DNA of 64,000 bases from an uncultured Thalassospiraceae bacterium (GTDB taxonomy: Bacteria; Pseudomonadota; Alphaproteobacteria; Rhodospirillales; JAPHRK01), in NCBI GenBank assembly GCA_965368165.1, contig CBDULT010000006.1, forward strand, positions 23,385-87,384. Direction: 5' to 3'. Position numbers and translations under genes: made by a program. Below are positions 10,742 to 20,421 of the stretch, one piece after another (position 1 is the stretch's first letter; each line of letters opens with the position of its first letter). The notes beneath the pieces are model-generated. The model ran no database searches and was not told the DNA's origin. It saw only the letters and a program-made list of their open reading frames with translations.

Positions 10742-12208
10742 TTAGCTCTCAAGCATCCGCTTCAATAGTTCCACATCTTCAGCAAACGTTGGTTCAGCGT
10801 TACGGAGCTCGTCTACTTTTTTCACCGCGTGCATAACGGTAGTGTGGTCGCGGCCACCAAACTTACGGCCGATTTCAGGCAGAGAGCGTGAGGTCAACTG
10901 CTTGGCCAGGTACATGGCGACCTGACGTGGTCTTGCCACAGAACGGGCACGACGTGCGGAATGCATGTCAGAAATACGAATGTTGAAATGCTCAGCAACG
11001 CGTTTTTGGATTTCCTCAATGGTCACCCGTCGGTCATTGGCCCTCAGCAGGTCGTGAAGGACTTCCTGGGTGCTTTCCAGAGTGATATCACGACCAACAA
11101 GTTGAGAGTGGGCGACAACCCGATTTAAAGCACCTTCAAGTTCCCGAACATTGGAGGTGATTTTGTGGGCGAGGAACTCGGTGACCTTTTGTGGCATGAC
11201 CAGGTCCATGGTTTCAGATTTTGCCTGAAGAATACCAAGGCGCAATTCATAGGTGGTGGCGTGAATGTCAGCCACAAGGCCACAATTTAAGCGTGACTTA
11301 AGCCGCTCTTCCATGCCTTCCAAATCAGAAGGGGATTTATCGGCTGAAATAACGATTTGACGACCTTGGTCAACCAGCGCATTAAATGTATGGAAAAATT
11401 CTTCCTGGGTGGATTCTTTGCCGCTGATGAACTGCACATCGTCAATCATCAGCACATCGACGGACCGGAACTGTTCTTTAAAGTCTACGGTGTTTTTTTC
11501 ACGCAACGCCCGGATAAAGCGATACATGAATTTTTCAGCCGACATATAAACCACAGAGCGATTCGGAGTCGCAGAGCGAATATGCCAAGCAATGGCGTGC
11601 ATCAGGTGGGTTTTGCCCAAGCCGACACCACCATAAAGGAAGAGGGGGTTGAACTGGACAACAGAAGCTTCAGCGATTCGTTTTGCCGCCGCGTAAGCAA
11701 ACTCATTGGGTTTGCCGACAACAAAATTATCAAAGGTAAAGCGGGCATCCAAGGGGCCGCAAAGCTCGGCCCGTTCCTCAGATAAAGTATCACGATTCGG
11801 TGCGGCAGAACGGAGTTCAGGCATACCAGGTTTCGCCCCCCTCGACGGAGATGTTTTCGGCCGGGGTTGGGAAAGAGGCGCTGCAAAGGGGCCTCCTTTT
11901 GACGCCAGTGCCGCCGTTGGGCTCTTGCGTTCTTCCTGAACAGTGATGTCGAGGGATTTTATGTCCGTATTTTCCCCTCGCCATAAATTTTGCAGACGCT
12001 CGGCATAATGGGTCAAAACCCAATCACGCATGAACCTTGTCGGAACCGAGATTTTTAAGGCCCCGTCTTCGATGGCCCGAATCGCCATAGGTTTGAGCCA
12101 GCTTTTAAAAGCGGCATCGCCAATTTCGTCTTTCATCCGACCGCATATACGGCCCCATTGCTCTTCAACAATAGTGTCGATGGAAGATATGTCGTGTTGG
12201 TATCCCAT
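10742..12208 (-). CDS. dnaA: Chromosomal replication initiator DnaA
   Basis: FNPLFLYGGVGLGKTHL, IDDVQF, QEEFFHTFN, NVRELEGAL, GGRDHTTV. Confidence 0.99.
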   Translation of the reverse strand: MGYQHDISSIDTIVEEQWGRICGRMKDEIGDAAFKSWLKPMAIRAIEDGALKISVPTRFMRDWVLTHYAERLQNLWRGENTDIKSLDITVQEERKSPTAALASKGGPFAAPLSQPRPKTSPSRGAKPGMPELRSAAPNRDTLSEERAELCGPLDARFTFDNFVVGKPNEFAYAAAKRIAEASVVQFNPLFLYGGVGLGKTHLMHAIAWHIRSATPNRSVVYMSAEKFMYRFIRALREKNTVDFKEQFRSVDVLMIDDVQFISGKESTQEEFFHTFNALVDQGRQIVISADKSPSDLEGMEERLKSRLNCGLVADIHATTYELRLGILQAKSETMDLVMPQKVTEFLAHKITSNVRELEGALNRVVAHSQLVGRDITLESTQEVLHDLLRANDRRVTIEEIQKRVAEHFNIRISDMHSARRARSVARPRQVAMYLAKQLTSRSLPEIGRKFGGRDHTTVMHAVKKVDELRNAEPTFAEDVELLKRMLES

Positions 12209-12588
12209 TAGAATCCAATTCTTCCCCTAATCCCAACTCGCAAAAAAACAATTTGGGCAGAATAAAAATAAATACCGAGAGAATCGCCTTTGAAGGGCAA
12301 CCCTCAACAAAATCAAATATCAAAATCCGCTAAATTAAGGCAAATAGCCCCTCAACGGAGTTCTTCCAAAAAGAGCAAAATATAATCCTGCCGATTTTCC
12401 GGCTGTTATCAGTTGCCTATCTCAAGAGCTTTAACGTTCTGCCTTAATTGGCGTTCCTCAATCTTTATCTCGGTTGAGTTTGCCAAAAAAAATCCGTTTG
12501 CGAGCACCTTGTTTAAGTGACGCACTCTTGAAATCTTCAACTTTTATTTGCTGGCTTTCCCCGTTCTCCCCCGGTCAAAACCAACTGT

Positions 12589-12617
12589 ACTTTAGCCCCC
12601 GATAAAAACGCTTTCAA
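12589..12617 (-). promoter_or_regulatory. Putative sigma70 promoter of dnaA
   Basis: TTGAAA-17 nt-TAAAGT on the minus strand; two GANTC sites just upstream (12654-12658, 12674-12678). Confidence 0.5.
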
Positions 12618-12735
12618 TGAGATTGAAACGAGAACATGCAAAATAAACTTCTTGACTCTAAAAGAGACCTTTTGAATCACCCTCTTGGGTTTGACGATTT
12701 GGAAGGAAGTTTTTTAGCTTGCAGAACAAAGACGC

Positions 12736-12773
12736 AAAAAAGCCGCCCGTCGGATAATTCCGAGGCGGCTTTT
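12736..12773 (-). terminator. Intrinsic terminator of rpsT
   Basis: AAAAGCCGCC...GGCGGCTTTT stem followed by a U-tract on the minus strand. Confidence 0.8.
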
Positions 12774-12798
12774 AAACTCTTTTAAGCGAGTCGCTTAA

Positions 12799-13062
12799 TT
12801 AAGCGATTGCTTTAATCCGTGAGGACAGGCGGGAAATTTTCCGGGACATGGTGTTTAGTTTGACAACACCCCGGCTAACGCCACGCATCATTTCTGGTTG
12901 AGCAGCTTTTAAAGCTTCTTGTGCTTTGCCCTGATCGCCAGACTCGATTGCCAACTCGACATTTTTAACAAAAGTGCGAATTCGGCTCATGCGTGCGCCG
13001 TTTACTTCAGCGCGACGGTCATTACGACGAATACGTTTTTTAGCAGACTTGTGATGTGCCAT
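12799..13062 (-). CDS. rpsT: 30S ribosomal protein S20
   Basis: [12 protein letters not shown]...[10 protein letters not shown], 87 aa, usual position upstream of dnaA. Confidence 0.98.
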   Translation of the reverse strand: MAHHKSAKKRIRRNDRRAEVNGARMSRIRTFVKNVELAIESGDQGKAQEALKAAQPEMMRGVSRGVVKLNTMSRKISRLSSRIKAIA

Positions 13063-13173
13063 TCTCTAAGAACCTACGTTCGATCAATTTTCTAAATTCG
13101 GAAGCGGGGTTATATAGGGCTAAAACTCTGCCGTCAAGCGGCATAAACTGTTATATCCCCGCCTTTTTTGAGA

Positions 13174-13950
13174 TTATTTATTCTTAAATTTCGGAGACCG
13201 CTTCTCAGCGAATGCAGCCATACCTTCTTTTTGGTCTTTTGTGGCAAAGAGAGAGTGGAAAGCCCGACGCTCAAACAGAACCCCTTCACTGAGGCTGACC
13301 TCGTAAGAACGGTTAACCGATTCTTTTGCCATCATGACAGAAGGGCGGGAAAGTTTGGCAATTTCATCGGCTGTGTTGAGGGCGTCTTCAAGCAGGTCAT
13401 CAACAGGCACAATCCGGCTGACAAGGCCAGCCCGCTCGGCTTCTTCTGCGTCCATCATACGACCTGTGAGAACCATTTCCATGGCCTTAGATTTGCCCAC
13501 ATAGCGTGTCAGGCGTTGGGTGCCGCCTGCGCCGGGGATGATACCAAGTTTGATTTCTGGTTGCCCAAATTTAGCGTTGTCACCCGCCAGAATAAAATCG
13601 CACATCATAGCGACTTCACAGCCACCCCCAAGGGCATAGCCCGCAACAGCCGCAATTACCGGCTTGCGGCACAAGCGGAGTTGCTCCCAATTGTCCGTGA
13701 TAAAGTCACCTAAAAAAGCATCCATGAAAGATTTTGACTGCATGGCTTTGATGTCAGCCCCGGCGGCAAAGGCTTTGTTGCTCCCGGTGAGAACAATAGC
13801 ACCAACTTCATCGTTTGCTTCAAAGTCGATGAGGGCAGCTTTCAACTCAAGCATAAGCTCAGGGCTTAAGGCGTTCATGGCTTTCGGCCGATTTAAGGTG
13901 ATCAGGCCGACGCGTCCTTTTTGCTCGGAAATGATATTTTCATAGGCCAT
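13174..13950 (-). CDS. Enoyl-CoA hydratase (crotonase family)
   Basis: [38 protein letters not shown]. Confidence 0.95.
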   Translation of the reverse strand: MAYENIISEQKGRVGLITLNRPKAMNALSPELMLELKAALIDFEANDEVGAIVLTGSNKAFAAGADIKAMQSKSFMDAFLGDFITDNWEQLRLCRKPVIAAVAGYALGGGCEVAMMCDFILAGDNAKFGQPEIKLGIIPGAGGTQRLTRYVGKSKAMEMVLTGRMMDAEEAERAGLVSRIVPVDDLLEDALNTADEIAKLSRPSVMMAKESVNRSYEVSLSEGVLFERRAFHSLFATKDQKEGMAAFAEKRSPKFKNK

Positions 13951-13991
13951 GGTAAATTACTCCCGCAAATAAATGGTCTGGTGATTGGATA

Positions 13992-14375
13992 TTATTTATA
14001 AGGTGACAAGGCAAAGTGGACCGTGAGCATTTTATCTTGATCCGTATTTTCAGTTGGAAACTCAAGTTTAAGAGCCTCCCCTTCTCTTTGAAAAGATCCT
14101 TGTGCTTTCTCGACCCAGCCTAGCTGGGGAAGGACTATTCTATAGAAAGAAAGAACAGCTTCCCTTGCCAGGTGTCCCTGGGCATAGGATTCGACGATTC
14201 GGCCCTGAGGCGTGTCGAACTCTAGATTCCCCTCTTCTGCCATGACGAGGCCTGGCATTAAGGGCAGGTCTTCAAAACCCGTCACAAAAGCATTGGTATC
14301 CGCCAAGGCCGAAGTCGTTATGAAAAGGGCTAGGCAAAAAACGATAATTTGGTGATGTATTTTCATCATGGCCAT
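13992..14375 (-). CDS. Hypothetical exported protein
   Basis: Signal peptide ending ALA; DLPLMPGL...FDTPQGRIV...LPQLGW pattern of a small alphaproteobacterial periplasmic family. Confidence 0.8.
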   Translation of the reverse strand: MAMMKIHHQIIVFCLALFITTSALADTNAFVTGFEDLPLMPGLVMAEEGNLEFDTPQGRIVESYAQGHLAREAVLSFYRIVLPQLGWVEKAQGSFQREGEALKLEFPTENTDQDKMLTVHFALSPYK

Positions 14376-14433
14376 GGCTATAGCATAGTTTTTTTTAGGA
14401 GGTTACTTTTTATTTGGCGATTGGTCTGGGACC

Positions 14434-14534
14434 AACGACGCCTCAGATTTACGAAAAGGGCAATCGTAAATGGAAATAAACCTTACGTCAGTCCCGCTTA
14501 TGCGGAAATGACAGTTCAATATCGAGGCGTCGTT
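14434..14534. other. Multibranch inverted-repeat element downstream of mutM
   Basis: Outer stem AACGACGCCTC/GAGGCGTCGTT enclosing ATTTACGA/TCGTAAAT and GTCA..CCGC ttat GCGG..TGAC hairpins. Confidence 0.65.
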
Positions 14535-15366
14535 ATTTTTGTTTTTTAGAGCAGAAGAAGGTTGAACGCCCTGCTTGAGTAATCCGTGCGATTCCCTCCT
14601 TACAATCACACCCGGGGCAAGGCTCTCCTTCTCGTCCATAAACTTTAAAACTATGTTGGAAATATCCTAGCTCTCCAGAGGCCTGACGATGGTCCTTTAA
14701 AGATGATCCCCCCGCTTCGATGGCCTCATTCAGAACAGCGACAATTTCTGTTGTTAACAGTTCAATTCTTTGGCGGCTGATATCTGAAGCTTTCTTTTTT
14801 GGAGAAATTCCCGCCCTAAAAAGGGATTCGCAGACATATATATTGCCAAGCCCGGCGACTATCTTTTGGTCGAGAAGGGCTGTTTTGATCGGGCTGTTTC
14901 TCTTCTTGAGTTTTCCAGCCAGGACGGCACTGTTGAACTGATTGCCCAAGGGTTCCGGCCCGATATCGGCGAGAAGGGGGTGGGTTTCAAGTTCCGACTC
15001 CTCCAAAATATCCATCAGGCCGAATCGACGGGGGTCGTTAAAGCGAAGGGTTTTCTTCTCATCGGTGATGAAATCAACATGATCATGAGGGCCGGGGAGG
15101 GGTGTTTCCCCTTCTTCATGAATGGTCATGCGTCCCGACATGCCAAGATGTATCAGCAGGGTCTCGTTGGTAGATGTTTTGATGACAATATATTTAGCAC
15201 GGCGGCGAACCGACTTAATTTCTGCGCCTTCCAGGCGTTCAACAAAGCCCTGCGGGAAGGGTTTGCGCAAGTTTGGGCGGCGTTGGATGACACTTATTAA
15301 TGTGCGACCTTCAAGTACCGGAGCGATTCCACGGCAAACGGTTTCTACTTCAGGGAGTTCGGGCAT
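14533..15366 (-). CDS. mutM: Formamidopyrimidine-DNA glycosylase
   Basis: Start reassigned to MPELPEVE (15366); HLGMSG, DPRRFG, GLGNIY, C-terminal zinc finger. Confidence 0.98.
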   Translation of the reverse strand: MPELPEVETVCRGIAPVLEGRTLISVIQRRPNLRKPFPQGFVERLEGAEIKSVRRRAKYIVIKTSTNETLLIHLGMSGRMTIHEEGETPLPGPHDHVDFITDEKKTLRFNDPRRFGLMDILEESELETHPLLADIGPEPLGNQFNSAVLAGKLKKRNSPIKTALLDQKIVAGLGNIYVCESLFRAGISPKKKASDISRQRIELLTTEIVAVLNEAIEAGGSSLKDHRQASGELGYFQHSFKVYGREGEPCPGCDCKEGIARITQAGRSTFFCSKKQK

Positions 15367-15422
15367 AATTTTCTCTTCAATCCGGTATAGCGCAACGCAA
15401 TGCCATAGGCTATGTTCCGCAG

Positions 15423-16205
15423 ATGTCGAAATCAAGCCAACAAAATAGTCCTTTACCGGATGATCAGGAAACCACGCATTTCGGGTTCTCTACCGTTGCT
15501 CGGGGAGAGAAGGCCTCTATGGTGCGCGATGTTTTTGACAGTGTCGCCGGTAAGTACGACTTAATGAACGACCTCATGAGTGTGGGGGTTCATCGCCTGT
15601 GGAAAGCCGCCATGATGGATTGGCTCAACCCCCAACCGGGGACAACCCTTCTTGATGTCGGCGGTGGCACGGGTGATATTGCCATGCGCTTCCTTGATCG
15701 GGTTAAAGGTGTCGGGGATGTTTTTGTCTGTGACATTAACTATGAGATGCTCCATGTGGGGCGGGATCGCTCCATCGATAATGGCTTGTTGACGGGCATC
15801 AATTGGATTTGTGGCAATGCGGAGAAACTCCCTGTTCCTGATCAATCTGTTGACGCCTACACCATTGCTTTTTGTATCCGCAACGTGACCGATATCCCGA
15901 AGGCCTTGGAAGATGCCCACCGGGTTTTAAAGCCCGGCGGTCGGTTCCTCTGTTTGGAATTTAGTGAAGTGGTTCTTCCGGTTCTGGATAAAATTTATGA
16001 TGCTTATTCTTTCGGTCTGCTGCCTAAAATTGGGGAAATCGTCGCCAATGACCGGGAGTCCTATCAATACCTCGCCGAGAGCATCCGCCAATTCCCTCCC
16101 CAAGAAGAATTTGCCGCGATGATCAGGGCGGCAGGGTTTGAACAGGTGAGCTATCGTAATCTTTCAGGCGGAATTGCGGCTATGCACACTGGCTGGCGAA
16201 TATAA
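15423..16205 (+). CDS. ubiE: Ubiquinone/menaquinone C-methyltransferase
   Basis: [32 protein letters not shown]. Confidence 0.98.
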   Translation: MSKSSQQNSPLPDDQETTHFGFSTVARGEKASMVRDVFDSVAGKYDLMNDLMSVGVHRLWKAAMMDWLNPQPGTTLLDVGGGTGDIAMRFLDRVKGVGDVFVCDINYEMLHVGRDRSIDNGLLTGINWICGNAEKLPVPDQSVDAYTIAFCIRNVTDIPKALEDAHRVLKPGGRFLCLEFSEVVLPVLDKIYDAYSFGLLPKIGEIVANDRESYQYLAESIRQFPPQEEFAAMIRAAGFEQVSYRNLSGGIAAMHTGWRI

Positions 16206-16208
16206 ATT

Positions 16209-17771
16209 ATGATTATCCGGTCTTTGAGAAATATTCGTCGTCTCCTTAAGGTTGCCCGCACCCTTGCGCGTTATGATGCTTTGTTTTTACTGGAACGTTT
16301 GGATGTGGCTCCCGGTGTGGTCTTCGCGGCCAAGCTTATCCCGGCGATTAAAAGTCGTTCCATTAGCAAACTGCGCCCCGGTCAACGCCTGGCAAAAGCT
16401 TTGGAGAGTCTTGGCCCGACAATGATTAAGCTCGGTCAGGCCCTCTCTACCCGCTCGGATTTGCTGGGTGAAGAAATGGCGGCGGATTTATCCGAGCTGC
16501 AAGACCGCCTTGCCCCTTTCCCGGGCCCTCAAGCCCGCACCATTATTGAGAAAGAACTCGGTGCACCGATCGAATCTCTTTTCTCTGAATTTGATGACCA
16601 GGCTATTGCGGCAGCGTCCATTGCCCAGGTTCACTTTGCTGTCACGACTGAGGGTGATGAAGTGGCTGTGAAAGTTCTGCGCCCCCATGTGAAGGACTCC
16701 TTTCGGCGTGATTTTGACATGTTCTATTGGGTGGCGGAACTGGTCGAGCGAACCAAACCTGAACTCAAAAGGCTAAAGCCTGTCGAGTCGGTGCGTTCCT
16801 TAGAAGAAACCGTTCAGTTAGAAATGGATTTGCGCTTTGAAGCCGCCGCCGCCGCTGAAATGGCGGAGAACTTCGAAGGCGACACTGATATTCATATCCC
16901 AACCATTGACTGGATACGTACGGCCCAATCTGTCATGACCATGGAACGAATTTCAGGCCTCCCAGTCGATGAGCGCGAGGAACTGGTTGCGGCAGGCCAT
17001 GACCCCATTGACGTGATCACCAAATGTGCGGGACTTTTCTTTAAAATGGTCTTTCGGGATGGTTTTTTTCATGGGGATTTGCACCCTGGAAACCTGTTTG
17101 TTCGGGATGACGGCACCATTATTGCGGTCGATTTCGGCATCATGGGCCGGGTGGATAAAAAGACCCGTCGCCATCTTGCTGAAATGCTGATCGCTTTTTT
17201 GACTAAGAATTACCGTCGCGCTGCTGAAGTTCATTTTGAAGCCGGGTGGGTCCCCGCCCATAAATCTGTGGATGCTTTCACCCAAGCCAGTCGCTCTATT
17301 GCCGAGCCCATTCTTGGGTTGCCCCAGGATCAGATTTCCATGGCGCGCTTACTGGCACAATTATTCCAGGTGACCGAATATTTCGACATGGAAACCCAAC
17401 CGCAATTACTTCAGTTGCAAAAAACCATGTTGCTGATTGAAGGCACCGGGCGCACCCTAAGCCCTCAAGCCAACATGTGGCAATTGGCTGAACCATTGAT
17501 CGAATCCTGGTTTGTGGAGAATATGGGACCCCAAGCGCGCATTCGCGATGCCGCTGAAGACTTTACCACCAATTTGCAACGCTTGCCCGTAGTGCTCGCC
17601 GGGCTTGAAGCCAATTTGGGGGCGATGGCTCAAGGGGGGTTAAAACTTCACCCCGATACCTTGGAAGCCATGGGCGGGAAGAAAAATGGAAATGGCACCA
17701 CAGACCGCTGGCTTTGGGTCGGGGTGGTTGTTGCTCTTGCCACCTCCCTTATTAGCGTGGTTTTTTCATAA
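16209..17771 (+). CDS. ubiB: Ubiquinone biosynthesis kinase-like protein
   Basis: IKLGQ, AAASIAQVH, VAVKVLRP, FFHGDLHPGN, DFGIMG. Confidence 0.97.
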   Translation: MIIRSLRNIRRLLKVARTLARYDALFLLERLDVAPGVVFAAKLIPAIKSRSISKLRPGQRLAKALESLGPTMIKLGQALSTRSDLLGEEMAADLSELQDRLAPFPGPQARTIIEKELGAPIESLFSEFDDQAIAAASIAQVHFAVTTEGDEVAVKVLRPHVKDSFRRDFDMFYWVAELVERTKPELKRLKPVESVRSLEETVQLEMDLRFEAAAAAEMAENFEGDTDIHIPTIDWIRTAQSVMTMERISGLPVDEREELVAAGHDPIDVITKCAGLFFKMVFRDGFFHGDLHPGNLFVRDDGTIIAVDFGIMGRVDKKTRRHLAEMLIAFLTKNYRRAAEVHFEAGWVPAHKSVDAFTQASRSIAEPILGLPQDQISMARLLAQLFQVTEYFDMETQPQLLQLQKTMLLIEGTGRTLSPQANMWQLAEPLIESWFVENMGPQARIRDAAEDFTTNLQRLPVVLAGLEANLGAMAQGGLKLHPDTLEAMGGKKNGNGTTDRWLWVGVVVALATSLISVVFS

Positions 17772-18363
17772 ACCCGTCTAATTGCAAGTCGAGCAAACGC
17801 TGACCTTCTGCCACTAAATCAAAGCTGCGCGCGCTCAATGACCAGCGCATGGCGAGGCCTTGAATCAAGGCGAGGAGCAAATAAGCCCCATCGTCTGGAT
17901 TGAGGTTTGGTTGGAAATTTCCGTTGGTAATGTTAGCCGCGATCAGCCGTGAGAAATTACGGTGGCGTTTGCCCATCAATCCGGCAAAAAAGGCCCGCAT
18001 TTTTTCATTCTCACTATGGAGTTCACGAGAGAATAAAATATCGGGGATTGCCGGGGTTTGCTGAATAAACCCAAGGTGATCAATCACAAGCTTGCGTAGT
18101 TGCTCAAGTGGGGGGGCCTCTTTATCTTCTCCCAACGGAGAGGCTGATTGCAAAATATCCCCAACCCGTTGGGCCACCGCTTCCCATATATCCCCTTTGG
18201 TGGGAAAATGCCGAAAGATGCCGGCTTGGGAAATCCCCACTTCCTGGGCCAGCTTTTCCGTGGTTAATCGGTCGGGGCCAATTACCCCCGCCATTTTTAT
18301 CACCGCATCGACGATTTCCGCTTTGCGGGCGGCAGCACTTTTTCGGGTCCGAACGGCTCTCAC
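17752..18363 (-). CDS. TetR/AcrR family transcriptional regulator
   Basis: N-terminal HTH (LAQEVGISQAGIFRHFPTK). Confidence 0.92.
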   Translation of the reverse strand: MRAVRTRKSAAARKAEIVDAVIKMAGVIGPDRLTTEKLAQEVGISQAGIFRHFPTKGDIWEAVAQRVGDILQSASPLGEDKEAPPLEQLRKLVIDHLGFIQQTPAIPDILFSRELHSENEKMRAFFAGLMGKRHRNFSRLIAANITNGNFQPNLNPDDGAYLLLALIQGLAMRWSLSARSFDLVAEGQRLLDLQLDGFMKKPR

Positions 18364-18467
18364 TTAAGGCACTCGCTTTTGTTTATGCAGTTTGGATGCA
18401 AGCAAAACCCTGCATCCCGTAATAGTAAGCCGCCGGATTTAGGTGTCAACAACCTGTAAGTTTCGCC

Positions 18468-18944
18468 TTAATTGGCGGCCTGGGCTTCAAGGCGGTATGC
18501 AGCATGACACCCTGTGCAGTTAAGCAGTAATTGGCCGAGCTTGGTCAAAACAGCTTCCGGGTCGCCCATGTCTTTGGCATCTAAGCTCAGATCGTCAAAA
18601 GCTTCGTGGGTGACAAACCCCAGCTTCTTGAATTCAAGAGGTAATTTACCCATCAGCGGTGTAGGCACAGCCTTCGCGGTTGTCATCCCAACTTGGTGTG
18701 CGGCCGTGGCAATGGTTTCCATATCTTTTGCAGCAAGGGCTTCAGTTATGGTCTGCACTGCCTCAAGAAACCCCCGCATTTCTTCGAGAACAAAATCTCG
18801 TTCGTCGGGATATAGCACTATAGCTGTGCGCCCATCTTTACTGGCCGTTACATTGCCTTGAACCATGAATATATAGGCCATAAACCCCATGGCACAAATT
18901 GATAGAGCCATTATTGCCCAGCAGATTTTACAAGAACTTTTCAC
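18468..18944 (-). CDS. Membrane-anchored c-type cytochrome (cytochrome c'-like helical)
   Basis: N-terminal hydrophobic helix, C-terminal CTGCH heme motif followed by YR. Confidence 0.8.
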   Translation of the reverse strand: MKSSCKICWAIMALSICAMGFMAYIFMVQGNVTASKDGRTAIVLYPDERDFVLEEMRGFLEAVQTITEALAAKDMETIATAAHQVGMTTAKAVPTPLMGKLPLEFKKLGFVTHEAFDDLSLDAKDMGDPEAVLTKLGQLLLNCTGCHAAYRLEAQAAN

Positions 18945-18962
18945 AATAATCTCCCTGTGGTG

Positions 18963-19004
18963 ATTTCCATTTTTAGTGAGTAGTTAATCACTAAAAATGG
19001 AAAT
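18963..19004. promoter_or_regulatory. 17-bp inverted repeat, probable TetR operator
   Basis: ATTTCCATTTTTAGTGA-8 nt-TCACTAAAAATGGAAAT, 18 bp upstream of the cytochrome gene, in a divergent promoter region. Confidence 0.65.
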
Positions 19005-19096
19005 GTCAAATTATGACCTATTCTGTAATTGTATAACTCGTCCCCTTTGAAGGATGTTGGGGCGCAGTTAAACCCTCGACATAACGGGAAAAAACA

Positions 19097-19669
19097 ATGC
19101 CGGAAATTTTTGTCATCCTCTTGCTGCACCAAACCCTTTTCCAGGGGATGTTTGTGCTTAAGAATACGCTCCTGCGGCGGAAAATTGGTCAGAAAATCCG
19201 GGGGAATAACATTGAGGCTACAGTGTCGATTGTATTCTTTGCTCTGTTTATCGGGGTTGCATTGGGGATGAGTCTTGTCGATCTGCCCTTTGGGAGAATA
19301 CAACTGGCTCCTGATCCTCTAGCCTGGACCATCGGATTGTTCATCCTTATGGCAAACTTACTTATCTCAGCCGCCTCCCTTCATGGCCTGAAGGGCTCTT
19401 GGCGGGTTGGAGTTTTAGCGGAGCAGAAAACGGAGTTGGTGACTTCTGGTATTTACCGGTTCTCCCGCAATCCTTATTTTGCTTCTTATTTATTGATGTT
19501 CGTGGGATATACGCTCCTACTGCAAAACGGGGTTCTATTGATCCTTTCAGGGATTGGCTTTTTATTGGTCCACTCTATGGTGCGTAAAGAAGAAAGCTAC
19601 TTAACTTCCGTGCATGGAGAGGCCTATTTGCTCTATAAGGGAAAAACCGCAAGATATCTTGTAGTTTAA
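19097..19669 (+). CDS. Isoprenylcysteine carboxyl methyltransferase (ICMT/PEMT) family membrane protein
   Basis: SWRVG, LVTSGIYRFSRNPY, EE..L...G..Y..Y motifs. Confidence 0.9.
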   Translation: MPEIFVILLLHQTLFQGMFVLKNTLLRRKIGQKIRGNNIEATVSIVFFALFIGVALGMSLVDLPFGRIQLAPDPLAWTIGLFILMANLLISAASLHGLKGSWRVGVLAEQKTELVTSGIYRFSRNPYFASYLLMFVGYTLLLQNGVLLILSGIGFLLVHSMVRKEESYLTSVHGEAYLLYKGKTARYLVV

Positions 19670-19696
19670 GTTACGCTCCCTTGAAGAAAGAGTTTT

Positions 19697-20326
19697 ATGG
19701 TTGATATTGCCTTAACCGCCTTTGTTACCCTGTTCGTTGTTATTGACCCCTTGGGTCTGACGCCGATGTTTTTGGTCATAACCGAAGGCGGAGACAAAGA
19801 TTTTCGCCGTCGTATGGCAATCCGGGGTGTTTTGATTTCAACGGGAATATTGTTTTTCTTCGCCGTGATCGGCAATGAATTCATGACCCTTTTGGGGATC
19901 AGCTTATCGTCATTTAGAATCGCCGGTGGGTTTATGCTTTTTCTGGTGGCGCTGGAAATGGTGTTAGAAAAGCGCTCGTCACGGAAATCTCAAAAAGCAG
20001 AAGAGGTGATCGAAAAAGAACACCTGGAAGATATCTCGGTTTTCCCCTTAGCCATCCCTTTACTGGCGGGCCCCGGGGCCATCACCACGGTGATGCTTTT
20101 GATGTTGGCGCAAGAAGGCCAGGCCATGGGGCAAGGAATTACCTTGGCGGTTCTTAGTCTGGTGCTGGTCATTTGTCTGGTTATGTTCTTGCTTGCTGAG
20201 CGTCTTGCCCGCTATTTGTCTGAAACGTTTATCAATGTTCTTACGCGGTTGCTCGGGGTGCTGCTCGCAGCCTTGGCAACTCAATATATGATCGACGGGA
20301 TCAGAGCGGCCCTGTTTGCCGGGTAA
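19697..20326 (+). CDS. MarC family membrane protein
   Basis: VIDPLG, FRIAGG, PLAIPLLAGPG, TRLLG. Confidence 0.95.
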   Translation: MVDIALTAFVTLFVVIDPLGLTPMFLVITEGGDKDFRRRMAIRGVLISTGILFFFAVIGNEFMTLLGISLSSFRIAGGFMLFLVALEMVLEKRSSRKSQKAEEVIEKEHLEDISVFPLAIPLLAGPGAITTVMLLMLAQEGQAMGQGITLAVLSLVLVICLVMFLLAERLARYLSETFINVLTRLLGVLLAALATQYMIDGIRAALFAG

Positions 20327-20421
20327 CCCTCCTTCGTCTTCAGGGTGGTTTCTCAGATGGTTCCGAGGTAAAGTTTTTAAAACAGGGGCTGGTTGAGGCT
20401 GAAACCACAGAGGGGCTTACC

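Noticed and set aside
12782-12806. TTAAGCGA-G-TCGCTTAA palindrome at the rpsT 3' end as a CtrA site
   Set aside because: TTAA spacing does not fit N7; it is a short hairpin mirroring the gene end
15367-15435. Apparent overlap of mutM and ubiE 5' ends
   Set aside because: Artefact of the ORF caller; MutM must start at MPELPEVE (15366), leaving a normal short divergent spacer
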